64,000 bases of DNA from Candidatus Kapaibacterium sp. Lineage in GTDB: Bacteria; Bacteroidota; Ignavibacteria; Kapaibacteriales; UBA2268. A model generated the notes under the pieces. It was given only the letters and a program-made list of their open reading frames with translations. It had not been told where the DNA came from and searched no databases. The stretch lies in the NCBI GenBank assembly GCA_963665665.1, contig OY762428.1, positions 960,001 to 1,024,000 on the forward strand, read 5' to 3'. Made by a program: the position numbers and the translations under genes. Positions 22,001 through 30,225 of this stretch are shown here, piece by piece; positions within the stretch are counted from its first letter, which is position 1; every line of letters starts with the position of its first letter.

Positions 22001-22197
22001 GTGGTTTTGTAATTATCCAGATCCGATAGCAACTCCATCTCAGCCAGGTTAATCAGCCCCTCGTCATATAATATTTGAGATTCATCAACAGTCCCGTATT
22101 CGGCAGGTATAAGAATACTACCGAATTCGGCATGAACCGGAATGGTGTAGAGAAATACAAGTGTTGTAAAAATCAGATACTTCATTCGCATTATCAT
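19054..22197 (-). CDS. Large exported TPR protein
   Basis: Signal peptide; many TPRs with YP.S...A.Y..G linkers (CpoB/BamD-like repeats). Confidence 0.9.
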   Translation of the reverse strand: MIMRMKYLIFTTLVFLYTIPVHAEFGSILIPAEYGTVDESQILYDEGLINLAEMELLSDLDNYKTTLNSDRSIILQALIDKKQGNNKIAQANLANFIKQRTNSPLRGYAALLKGYISLQAKDYKNSEINFASAFLVNSEEFKKRNDTNYRTMMHAARYWQGISMVQQGKYQDAVPVFDNCSQVYPGGQYSDDAIFALGQSAEINRKYENAIEHFSTISRNYKKSNSFIASLIREANNRLSLRDPNHALVLLKEAEIAYRHIADKDSTGLLYEKQTYISHPFEDIQYLKGEAYNLSANFKLAISNFEVFLNTFYESPLKNYVRLGLGWAHMNQGQYGQALNYYDEIIYDLKDDDLSRIRDISKLYRTIALSRTGEKNTARNELSALSVQPNYLYLGLVLLELGQIYYEEGDYEQARRTLERANREALDAMAMVRINLLLGASYMEIGRWSKAETQYYNAEQIALKSSKILMPQRDWYIAEARLKRGIALVKNHRSGEAIPVLLSYIGEKGHKSKEDEAMFWLAEAYFRSEMLKNAALTYANLLKKYPASPRKEESLYGLGWSRFRLQEFSKSSKAFDQLIKDFPETKFKIEVLARQGDGYFYVRSYSRAAAAYEQAKRMAPNTNEGQYAAYQLGFVYYRKGAYEKSISSLIDFVRVYPSSQFAPYSLYLIGWIRFQQGKYNEAIADFNYLIQAYPQSELVAKAYYSIADSYYNMENYEKAIEFYKIIIDSYPSNPLAPEALKNIQQAYELLDMTEQAIAIAENYIAINPDSPFAEEFKFKKGNMFYSGRKYTDAIKEFDEFVRKYPSGEKTAEALYWMEKSYISMNENDKAAEVFNSLKRKFPDSEYVPAGMLELALMRKSIGEIDRADSIFTILQREYPKDQNAAQAGFERAVIKYSIGDTVAAMNIYRTIADTYPNLDHGLQSRWKIAMYLRSKRMNDSARMEFEILADNKYNLEIAAEAQYRIGELHFREEEYDKAIFAFRKYCDNFQEFTEWYSLSLMNLGECYEKIEDYNTAIETYQSLEALDPESDFGKTANRRIKRLKKKL

Positions 22198-22490
22198 GTC
22201 CGCATTATCATAAAAATATAAAGATAAGTCTGACTGTATATAATATTTATATCAATCAAGACATTATGCTGCGTTTAAAATTAAGAAATATTTATTTCAA
22301 ATGCTAAATATTAATGATGCTGTAGAAGATTTTATACACGGTATAGCGTGGTTATTTCTTATACCCACGGTATACTGCGGATAGTTAGGTGGTGGAGCTA
22401 ATTCTAATAGAACAATATGTTTAAAAAATAACAACTATATAGCCGAACAGTAATTTTGCTTATATGATTAATTTTTCATTTCCAGTAATT

Positions 22491-22868
22491 TTATTTTTCG
22501 GGGGATTCAAAGCCACAGGATTTGGCTAAAATATCGCATAGCTCCCGCTTTTGACGGGAAGAAAGTTCTTCGGCGCATGATGAACCAGTGCTTTCCACGG
22601 TATTCCGTTGAACAATTTTATTTTTCGATCCACTTGCTGCCATTTTGTCAGTACATTTTTTATTCCCAAAATTTATCCCGAAAAATATAACATATACAAA
22701 TGCTACAATTCCGGCGGATTCAAGAAATCCGGGAGGCCTGACATCAAGGTATTCACTTAGAAGCAATTCAAAACCATACGAGATAATAAATGACAGAACA
22801 CAAAGAAGCCCGGCCGTGAAAAGTATAAATATCACTGACCGGGCTGCATTATTTAAAAATGTGTTCAT
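22491..22868 (-). CDS. Small 2-TM membrane protein, candidate anti-sigma partner of the adjacent ECF
   Basis: Two hydrophobic helices; directly downstream of the ECF sigma on the same strand. Confidence 0.55.
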   Translation of the reverse strand: MNTFLNNAARSVIFILFTAGLLCVLSFIISYGFELLLSEYLDVRPPGFLESAGIVAFVYVIFFGINFGNKKCTDKMAASGSKNKIVQRNTVESTGSSCAEELSSRQKRELCDILAKSCGFESPEK

Positions 22869-22950
22869 ATCTTCCGTCTTTAATACTGATTCATCAACTA
22901 AATGAACTGACGAAGTTCAATTAATAATATTGACGGAAAACTGCAAAAGC

Positions 22951-23562
22951 CTAATTTTCGCTCAAAGACTCGTACAAATCTTTCAGGCGTTTGCGCAAAT
23001 GAAGCACTGCATAACGTTTACGTGCAAGCAGAGTGTTAATATTAACGCCTGTTTCTTCGCTCATTTCCCTGAAAGAAACACCTTCAAATTCATTACGTAC
23101 AAACACTTCTCTTTGCTCGTCGGGAAGTTCTGCAAGGCCTTCCTGAACTGATTCCCAGATTGTCTTCCTTACCAGGTCGCTTTCAGGATCAGCTCCTACA
23201 TCGCTGAGAAAATTCTCGAAAGTATCAACGCCGTCTTCAGCCTGGCCCGGAGTCTGCATATCCGAGAAGGTTTCTGCGCGTTTTTTTCTGTATGAGTCAA
23301 TAATTCTGTTTCTTACCGCTGTGAATACCCAGGAAGCAATATTTTCAATTGGTTTCTGTACATTCTGGGATGCGGCAAGAACGTTTGTGAATACGTCCTG
23401 CAGAATATCTTCTGCTTCTTCCTGGCTTCTTACTCTCTGGCGAATAAAACCAAGGAATTTCTTGCGGTCTGTTTTGAACAGGTTTTCTATTTGCAAGGTT
23501 AAATCCATAACACCCCTCCTGTCTGAGATTTCATTTTGACAATTATTTTTAAGTTCGGCCAT
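22951..23562 (-). CDS. ECF RNA polymerase sigma-70 factor
   Basis: EEAEDILQDVF, WVFTAVRNRIIDSYRK, LPDEQREVF...SFREMSEETGVNINTLLARKRYAV. Confidence 0.95.
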   Translation of the reverse strand: MAELKNNCQNEISDRRGVMDLTLQIENLFKTDRKKFLGFIRQRVRSQEEAEDILQDVFTNVLAASQNVQKPIENIASWVFTAVRNRIIDSYRKKRAETFSDMQTPGQAEDGVDTFENFLSDVGADPESDLVRKTIWESVQEGLAELPDEQREVFVRNEFEGVSFREMSEETGVNINTLLARKRYAVLHLRKRLKDLYESLSEN

Positions 23563-23690
23563 ACCTTATTTTCACCCTGCTTTGCCGTGGCAAAGCTTCT
23601 TGTTACCGTTAATTAATTCTGTATAAAAAATATCATCCGACCTCTTTTTTATGTCAACGAAACCTGGTTTTAAAATAGGTGTCTCATAAT

Positions 23691-23719
23691 AATGACACAT
23701 ATTTAATCAAAAAGTTTCA
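23691..23719 (-). promoter_or_regulatory. Putative ECF sigma promoter TGAAAC-N15-GTGTCATT (copy 3)
   Basis: Same spacing as the other two copies; upstream of the second ECF sigma gene. Confidence 0.7.
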
Positions 23720-23754
23720 AAAAGAATAATAAATTTTTTTAATTTTTCAAATAC

Positions 23755-23769
23755 ATGACAAACTGTCAT
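23755..23769. promoter_or_regulatory. Palindromic operator-like site ATGACA-N3-TGTCAT
   Basis: Perfect 6-bp inverted repeat about 35 bp upstream of the ECF promoter -35. Confidence 0.35.
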
Positions 23770-24060
23770 ATCAAAACTACTCTACAGTAATACATGAAAT
23801 TATTGTGCCAATTTTCTCTTTGTTGATAACTACCTGCTTCGTCCAAATATAATATTTAACATTAGAATTCAATTTATTTTAATAAATTGAACCAAAACCC
23901 TTTAAAATTGTCAAAAAACAACAATTTACAAGTGTAAAATTAAGATATTTTCATAAAAAAACAAAAAGAACATGAAAAATTTATAAAATCATGTTCTTCG
24001 CATTTACTTATTTGAATTTCCGCTACGCATAAGATTGCCAAAATGTCCTGACAATTTTTC

Positions 24061-25404
24061 CTATACTTTTTTAATAAATCTGCCGAAAAGGTCGTAGTAA
24101 TCAGCTTCCTCAATTTCAGCAATAATAAAATCGCCGGCATTCAGCTCATCATCAGAACGAATATAAACTCCGTTATCCACCTCCGGGGCATCCCATTGCG
24201 TTCTGCCAACATAATAATCTTCAGATTCGCCGTCAATAACGATCTTTAATTGTTTTCCTACAAGAGCTTCATTCTTTTTTAGTGATATTTCAGATTGAAG
24301 CTTCATAATTATATCAAGTCGTTCAGCTTTTCTGCTTTCTCTGACACTATCACCCAGTTCAAAAGCAGGAGTATTTTCTTCCTGCGAATATGTAAAGACT
24401 CCTACCCTTTCAAGTTCAATATCAGCAACAAAATCTTTCAGCTCTTCAAATTCTTCCCGGCCTTCATTCGGATAGCCAACAATGAAAGCTGTTCGTATCA
24501 TTACATCATTAATTCTGTTTCTTATCTCTGCGATTAGATTTCGTATCCCTTCGCCATCAATTCCCCGAAGCATTGAGCGGAGCACTTTATCGGAAATATG
24601 CTGCAAAGGTATATCAACATACTTGCAAATATTATCTTTCTCGTTGATCACATCAAGAACATCCATTGGAAATTTGGTTGGATAGGTGTACATAAGCCTT
24701 ATCCATTCCACGCCCGGGATTTCCGACAGGTCTGCCAGGAGTTCGGCAAGTGCAGGCTTGCCGTATATATCGCGCCCGTAGTAGGTTGTATCCTGGGCAA
24801 CAATACAAAATTCTTTAGTACCGTTTTCTGCAAGGAGGCTTACTTCTTTAATAATTCTTTCCCTTGGTATTGACCGGTGTTTGCCCCTTATATGGGGAAT
24901 AGCACAGAAAGAACAGGGGTGATCGCATCCTTCGGATATTTTTATATATGCATAATGCCTTGGTGTAAGCTCTCGTTGATTACCAATATGATCATATTTA
25001 TAAACTCCTGCAAGTTCAGTTACAATATCCTCTGTGCTGTCAACCCCGAAAAATCTGTCAACCTCAGGCAATTGCGCTTCAAGCTCTTTTTTATATCTTT
25101 GGGAAAGACAGCCGGTAACGTATACTCTTTTCAAAATGCCCTGCTTTTTCATTTCGCAGGCTTCCAGTATCATACTGATATTTTCTTCTTTTGCGGGCTT
25201 GATAAAACCGCATGTATTGATAATAATTGCATCAGCATTGTGAAATTCCTGTGTATATTTTATCCCGTTTATTTTCAATTGAGAAATAAATTCTTCAGAA
25301 TCAACCACATTCTTGCTGCACCCGAGAGTTAAAACGGCCACATTTTCTACTCTGTCTTTTTCCTTAATTTTATTTTTAGCCATTTGATCACCATTCCAAA
25401 TCAT
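24061..25404 (-). CDS. rimO: Ribosomal protein S12 methylthiotransferase
   Basis: TLGCSKNVVDSE, INTCGFI, GCL, radical SAM GCDHPCSFC, C-terminal TRAM (DAPEVDN); likely start 25383. Confidence 0.95.
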   Translation of the reverse strand: MIWNGDQMAKNKIKEKDRVENVAVLTLGCSKNVVDSEEFISQLKINGIKYTQEFHNADAIIINTCGFIKPAKEENISMILEACEMKKQGILKRVYVTGCLSQRYKKELEAQLPEVDRFFGVDSTEDIVTELAGVYKYDHIGNQRELTPRHYAYIKISEGCDHPCSFCAIPHIRGKHRSIPRERIIKEVSLLAENGTKEFCIVAQDTTYYGRDIYGKPALAELLADLSEIPGVEWIRLMYTYPTKFPMDVLDVINEKDNICKYVDIPLQHISDKVLRSMLRGIDGEGIRNLIAEIRNRINDVMIRTAFIVGYPNEGREEFEELKDFVADIELERVGVFTYSQEENTPAFELGDSVRESRKAERLDIIMKLQSEISLKKNEALVGKQLKIVIDGESEDYYVGRTQWDAPEVDNGVYIRSDDELNAGDFIIAEIEEADYYDLFGRFIKKV

Positions 25405-25470
25405 TACACAAACAATGCCATTAAAACAACCCTATTCTTCATTCATCCATTTATGTAAATATAATAAATT

Positions 25471-26109
25471 TTATTCAGTTATAGTAATAAATTCACTAAC
25501 ATTATCATAACCTGCACCAGCCCTTATCAATTCAAATTCCCCGGATGTCATGTCTATCACAGTAGATGGGCCGGTAAATGAATATTCGTCAGAACTTACA
25601 ACAAGATCAACACGTTTTTTAAAAATATCGATTACTTCATCCGGATCGTTAATATATTCATCATTATGCTTTGCTGAAATTGAGATCATAGGAGCATCAA
25701 GTTCTTTCAATATAAGTTGATTAAGAACTGAATCAGGAACCCTGATCCCCGCAGTTTTTCTTTTTGGGTTCTGTGCAAAGTTTGGAACATTCCTCGAAGC
25801 CGGCAGAATAAATGTGTAAGGCCCCGGTATCAGGGCTTTTATTGTTTTATAGGCATCATCATTTACTTTTGCAAATTCGGAAATATTCGAAAGCGAACTA
25901 CAAAGAAAGGTCAACTGATTTTTTAATGTCAATTTCCTGAGCTGACGGATACGGTTGATCGCATTTTTATTCGAGAGCCTGCAACCGAGAGCAAAACCTG
26001 TATCGCTGGGATATAATATTACCGCGCCTTCTCTCAGCTCATCGGCAACTTTTTTTATTTTTCTTATTTCCGGAGTTTGGCTGTGAATATTGAGTAACAA
26101 AGCTTCCAT
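25471..26109 (-). CDS. L-threonylcarbamoyladenylate synthase family (YciO/TsaC/Sua5)
   Basis: YPSDTGFALGC, PGPYTFIL, KRKTAGIRVP, PSTVIDM; YciO-like subtype. Confidence 0.9.
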   Translation of the reverse strand: MEALLLNIHSQTPEIRKIKKVADELREGAVILYPSDTGFALGCRLSNKNAINRIRQLRKLTLKNQLTFLCSSLSNISEFAKVNDDAYKTIKALIPGPYTFILPASRNVPNFAQNPKRKTAGIRVPDSVLNQLILKELDAPMISISAKHNDEYINDPDEVIDIFKKRVDLVVSSDEYSFTGPSTVIDMTSGEFELIRAGAGYDNVSEFITITE

Positions 26110-26355
26110 GACATCCTCGACAATCAACTTTTTATAATTTATCCAAATAATGGAAAGCAAATTACAAAAAAAACAGACATACAGTTTTATCTGTAATTCC
26201 TAAAATACTTTGGCATGGCTTGTAAATATTATGCAGTTAAGCAAAACTGCCAGGCATAAAAGTTAAATACAGGAAAGACTTCAGGTAAATCTGTCATAAA
26301 ATTTATTTCAGGCCCTATGATCAAGGTATCATAAAACGATATGAAAAACTGGTTC

Positions 26356-26805
26356 TTAGAATGTTATTATATTAATCACCAATTTTTTTTCTTTTTCATT
26401 TAATTCAAAAGAAGCATCCTCGAATGAAGGTGGCCCGAAATTACCTTTTGCATCATTCGATGTTCCAAGCCCCTCATTAGGAATACCGATCCAGTTAGTA
26501 TCTATCTCGCCGTCATTGTCCTCATCGTGATGAACACTGATAGCATATTTTCCATAAGGAATATTTTTTAAGATAAAAACTGCTTTCTTGTTTTTTATAT
26601 CTATTACTACTCTTTTCAAGGCATCATTCTGTTCACCGGGGAAAGAATCATCTTTATCGGGAGTAAAAAGAAGAAGCCTTGCCTTACCGCTATTATTCTC
26701 AAATCCTTTCACTACCACTTTCAAAGTACCTGTTTTATCCCCGGCAAAACTACTAACCGACGGGATTATAAGTATTATTAGAAGAAAAATGGGCATTAAT
26801 TTCAT
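26356..26805 (-). CDS. DUF2141 family exported protein
   Basis: GKYAISVHHDEDNDGEIDTNWIGIPNEGLGTSND...GPPSFEDA. Confidence 0.9.
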   Translation of the reverse strand: MKLMPIFLLIILIIPSVSSFAGDKTGTLKVVVKGFENNSGKARLLLFTPDKDDSFPGEQNDALKRVVIDIKNKKAVFILKNIPYGKYAISVHHDEDNDGEIDTNWIGIPNEGLGTSNDAKGNFGPPSFEDASFELNEKEKKLVINIITF

Positions 26806-26979
26806 AATGAACCACCGCTAAATGTTTTCAAATTTTTTTAGTAGAACGAATTACAATATTAAATATGATATTTTTGCGGCTATTTTTCAGCTATATTTAG
26901 CTGATAAACAAAAAATGCTTAAATTTGTAGCTTGTATTAATTATAATTTTGTTTACCGGACAAATTACGGGCAAATATA

Positions 26980-27723
26980 ATGGGCAGGTTACGAATTAAA
27001 AACGTCAGCATAGCGTTCGGAGAAAGAAAGGTTCTTAATAACCTTAGCCTTGACGTGTGGGACGGACATATACACGCTATTGTAGGGCCAAACGGAGCCG
27101 GAAAATCCACTCTTGCATCAATTATTATGGGCAGGGAAGGATTTGGAAACTTCACCGGCGAAGTATTCTGGGAAGGCGAATGTATCAACGACTTAAAGAT
27201 AGATGAAAGAGCCAGAAGGGGTATTACATATACCTGGCAGGAACCGGCAAGGTTCGAAGGTCTTTCAATTGAAGCATTTATTAAAGCTTCAGCAAAAGAT
27301 AAATCCAAAGAAAACATCAGGAAAGCCCTTGAAACCGTAGGGCTCGATCCGGATAAGTACATGACAAGAGCCGTTGATAAAACTCTCAGCGGCGGTGAAA
27401 GAAAAAAAGCCGAGCTGGCTTCCATTCTTGTTATGGAACCCAAGCTTGTTCTCCTGGACGAGCCGGATTCAGGTATTGATGTGGCTTCTTTAAACAAAAT
27501 TTTTGATGTTATTAAAATATTAAAAGACAAAGGCGCTACGATCATAATGATAACTCACAGCGAAACAGTTCTTGAACAGGCTGAACATGCTTTCCTGCTT
27601 TGCAACGGGAAACTGGTCAGCAAGGGAGTTACAGATCAGATTTCATCCTTTTATCTTGATATGTGCAACCTTTGCGACCATAAAAACGAACCTATGTACG
27701 AAATCAACACGGAGATACAATGA
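26980..27723 (+). CDS. sufC: SufC-like Fe-S assembly ABC ATPase (SmsC type)
   Basis: Walker A GPNGAGKST, ERARRGI...WQEPARFEG, LSGGERKK, LDEPDSGID, C-terminal CNLC. Confidence 0.9.
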   Translation: MGRLRIKNVSIAFGERKVLNNLSLDVWDGHIHAIVGPNGAGKSTLASIIMGREGFGNFTGEVFWEGECINDLKIDERARRGITYTWQEPARFEGLSIEAFIKASAKDKSKENIRKALETVGLDPDKYMTRAVDKTLSGGERKKAELASILVMEPKLVLLDEPDSGIDVASLNKIFDVIKILKDKGATIIMITHSETVLEQAEHAFLLCNGKLVSKGVTDQISSFYLDMCNLCDHKNEPMYEINTEIQ

Positions 27724-28649
27724 TAGACCTGACAGATAAAATCATGCAGGAAGCTCATGTTTCACCGCATGTTGCCAAAGATCCGGATACTGCATACTTA
27801 TCAATCCACCTGAACAAAGTTACCGGGGCGAATCTTGTACCCGGTCTACATGTGGATACTGAAGAACTTGAAGACGGAGTAAGAGTTCATATCAACCTGG
27901 ATGAAGGCGTAAAGATTGAAAAAAAAGTACACATGTGTTTCGGAATTATTCCGGAAACAGGCGTACAGAGGATTGAAATGAAAGTTGACCTGAAAAAAGA
28001 CTCAAAGATTTCAGTTCTTGCACACTGTGTTTTTCCTAATGCCGTTGATATTCAGCACATAATGAATGCTGAAATTAACGTTGGTGAAAACGCCGATTAC
28101 ACATATCACGAAACTCATGTACACGGTAATACAGGCGGAATTAAAGTTATCCCGAAAGCTGTAATAAATCTTGAAGAAAATGCCCGTTTCAAAACCGATT
28201 TTGAACTTCTGGAAGGGCGTGTCGGATATATTGATATTGATTATCACATAAACAGCAAGGCAAATAGCGTTCTGGAAATGAATGCAAAAATATTCGGAAA
28301 GAAAGATGATATTATAAAGATAATGGAATCTGGAGCACTCAACGGCGAATATGCCAGGGGCGCTTTAACTTCCTATATTGCACTTAAAGACGACGCGAGA
28401 GCCGAGATAAACAGCAAACTTATCGCTAATGCTCCTTATGCACGCGGACACGTTGACTGTAAAGAGATAATTAAGGACAGGGCAATTGCTAATGCTGTTC
28501 CTATTGTTGAAGTAAGGGATCCGAGAGCTCATATTACTCACGAGGCAGCAATAGGAGCTGTGGACAGCAAACAACTTGAAACCCTGATGAGTCGCGGACT
28601 TGATGAAGATGAGGCTACTGACCTGATCATCAGCGGATTATTAAGCTAA
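27720..28649 (+). CDS. SufB/SufD-family Fe-S scaffold (SmsB type)
   Basis: VHMCFG, ARGHVDCKEI, ANAVPIVEV..P.AHITHEAAIG.VD..QLETLMSRGL; ATGA overlap with the sufC-like gene; short (309 aa). Confidence 0.9.
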   Translation: MIDLTDKIMQEAHVSPHVAKDPDTAYLSIHLNKVTGANLVPGLHVDTEELEDGVRVHINLDEGVKIEKKVHMCFGIIPETGVQRIEMKVDLKKDSKISVLAHCVFPNAVDIQHIMNAEINVGENADYTYHETHVHGNTGGIKVIPKAVINLEENARFKTDFELLEGRVGYIDIDYHINSKANSVLEMNAKIFGKKDDIIKIMESGALNGEYARGALTSYIALKDDARAEINSKLIANAPYARGHVDCKEIIKDRAIANAVPIVEVRDPRAHITHEAAIGAVDSKQLETLMSRGLDEDEATDLIISGLLS

Positions 28650-28674
28650 AATACGATATAATCAATTTATAAAT

Positions 28675-28703
28675 CAGCCGATATGAATGTATCGGCTGTT
28701 TTT
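28675..28703 (+). terminator. Intrinsic terminator
   Basis: cagccgata-tgaatg-tatcggctg followed by a T tract. Confidence 0.8.
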
Positions 28704-28852
28704 ATAATTTGTGATAATTATATTCAGAATTCCTTACTTCGGAAAAAATCAACGAGTTATAAGAGTAATGTCGTAAAATAATAAGTTGCCAATATTAATA
28801 ATTGATTACTACACTAATATAAATATATGAACTATAAATTATCGTCTTGCTT

Positions 28853-28962
28853 GGCCTCACCAAAAACCTTCGTAGGAGGGGCTTACTGCAAAGCCCTACC
28901 CTTTGGGGAAGTGCGGCCCCTTACGAGGGTTCCACACTGTGTGTGTTGGGAGGTGTCGGGGA
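28853..28962. repeat. Degenerate GC-rich REP-like element (family D-like)
   Basis: GC-rich patch in an AT-rich intergenic region; cctcacc..gaggggctt...aagccctacccttt resembles the ccctccc..gggagggct elements at 37102/38484/38561. Confidence 0.45.
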
Positions 28963-29228
28963 CTAAATTAGAATAATCAATAGCTGCGACTTTATAAATT
29001 GAGTAGATTCCGGATTGCTGATATTATAAAAGAATTTTCCTTGTCCCGAATATCAGCAGTAAAGCTCCAAATACAATTGCCACCCACTCTGAAACAATAT
29101 CACATATCGGCACTAAAATTGACGTTGGAAAATTCCCAGGAAGCAAGATGAGATAAATTTGCACCCTCATAAGCCGGATTATCAGGTTTAGATATTCGAT
29201 ATTATTTTCTAAAGTAATTGGGCTCACG

Positions 29229-29264
29229 AAAAAAAAAGCCTGGCAATAAAGTTACTACCAGGCT
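29229..29264 (-). terminator. Intrinsic terminator after rpoZ
   Basis: agcctgg...ccaggct stem followed by T9 on the minus strand. Confidence 0.75.
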
Positions 29265-29286
29265 GAAATTCTTTTAAAAATGATAC

Positions 29287-29598
29287 TTACTCAGCTTCGC
29301 CGTCCGGCATCTGTGTGTAAGCCCATTTAATCTTATCGTCTTTCATTTCTTTCATTGCAAGGAAAGTAGGCTTAGGGTATTTGTCAAATTCCCTGCTGAT
29401 TGATATCTGGTCAAAATTTGCACCTTCGGATTCATCCGTGGTTGGAGTAATATCAGCCATTCTGTTGCCCAATTCTTCCTTAATATCGTCATTGATCTGC
29501 CTTGCACGAAATCCCATGGCAATTATTGACTGATAAACAGTTCCCTTCTCCGACTCTTTCATGCGAACCTGTACCGGATTTACAATATATTTTTCCAA
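29287..29598 (-). CDS. rpoZ: DNA-directed RNA polymerase subunit omega (Bacteroidota type)
   Basis: GTVYQSIIAMGFRARQINDDIKEEL...QISISREFDKYPKPTFLAMKE; TTG start at 29598 preceded by GAGGT. Confidence 0.8.
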   Translation of the reverse strand: MEKYIVNPVQVRMKESEKGTVYQSIIAMGFRARQINDDIKEELGNRMADITPTTDESEGANFDQISISREFDKYPKPTFLAMKEMKDDKIKWAYTQMPDGEAE

Positions 29599-29755
29599 AG
29601 ATACCTCAATTAAAATTTCCAACAAGTAGAATTAGCAAATTTACGAAAATTTTTTTTATAATCAATAGAAATATATAGAAACAATTCCTTATATTTCGAT
29701 TATTGTGATAATTACGATTGAAATTGTAAATTCTTGAATATTTTTGATTCAACCC

Positions 29756-30175
29756 ATGCAAAAACTATATTATTCTATTAGTGAAATAAGTAAATTAATT
29801 GACGAAGAGCAACATATTCTCCGTTATTGGGAAAAAGAATTTGAACATCTTAAACCGAGAAAGAACCGTGCAGGCAACAGAATTTATTCCGACCGCGATT
29901 TCTCGCTGATTAAATTTATTAAAAAACTTTTACGTGACGACAAACTGGCGCTGAAGGATGCAAAGGAAGAGATAAATAAAGCAATAGACAAAGCCGGAGG
30001 AATTGATTTACTATTCGAAGAAAATTCACATGATTTGAATTTATTCACAAAAGAAATAAAATCAGATCATACCGATGAAAAAGCAGGAACAATTGCTTCT
30101 TTAAATCCTGAAAATATCACTATTATCAGGCAAAATCTGAAAGAGGCTTTGGACATTATCAGAAAACCTCTGTAG
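29756..30175 (+). CDS. MerR-family HTH regulator
   Basis: KLYYSISEIS...HILRYWEKEF..LKPRKNRAGNRIY. Confidence 0.9.
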   Translation: MQKLYYSISEISKLIDEEQHILRYWEKEFEHLKPRKNRAGNRIYSDRDFSLIKFIKKLLRDDKLALKDAKEEINKAIDKAGGIDLLFEENSHDLNLFTKEIKSDHTDEKAGTIASLNPENITIIRQNLKEALDIIRKPL

Positions 30176-30225
30176 AAATTTTTTTTTATAAAACACATTG
30201 TTACATTCATCCGGGGAGAGAGCCT

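Noticed and set aside
22345-22382. Doubled cacggtata with weak hairpins
   Set aside because: Too degenerate to call; possibly decayed IS200-type hairpins
26937-27545. 202-aa minus-strand ORF
   Set aside because: Antisense shadow of the ABC ATPase gene
28940-28965. tmRNA/tRNA 3' end or att site (ccccgacacctcc on the minus strand)
   Set aside because: No T-loop TTCGA and no CCA context; no integrase nearby
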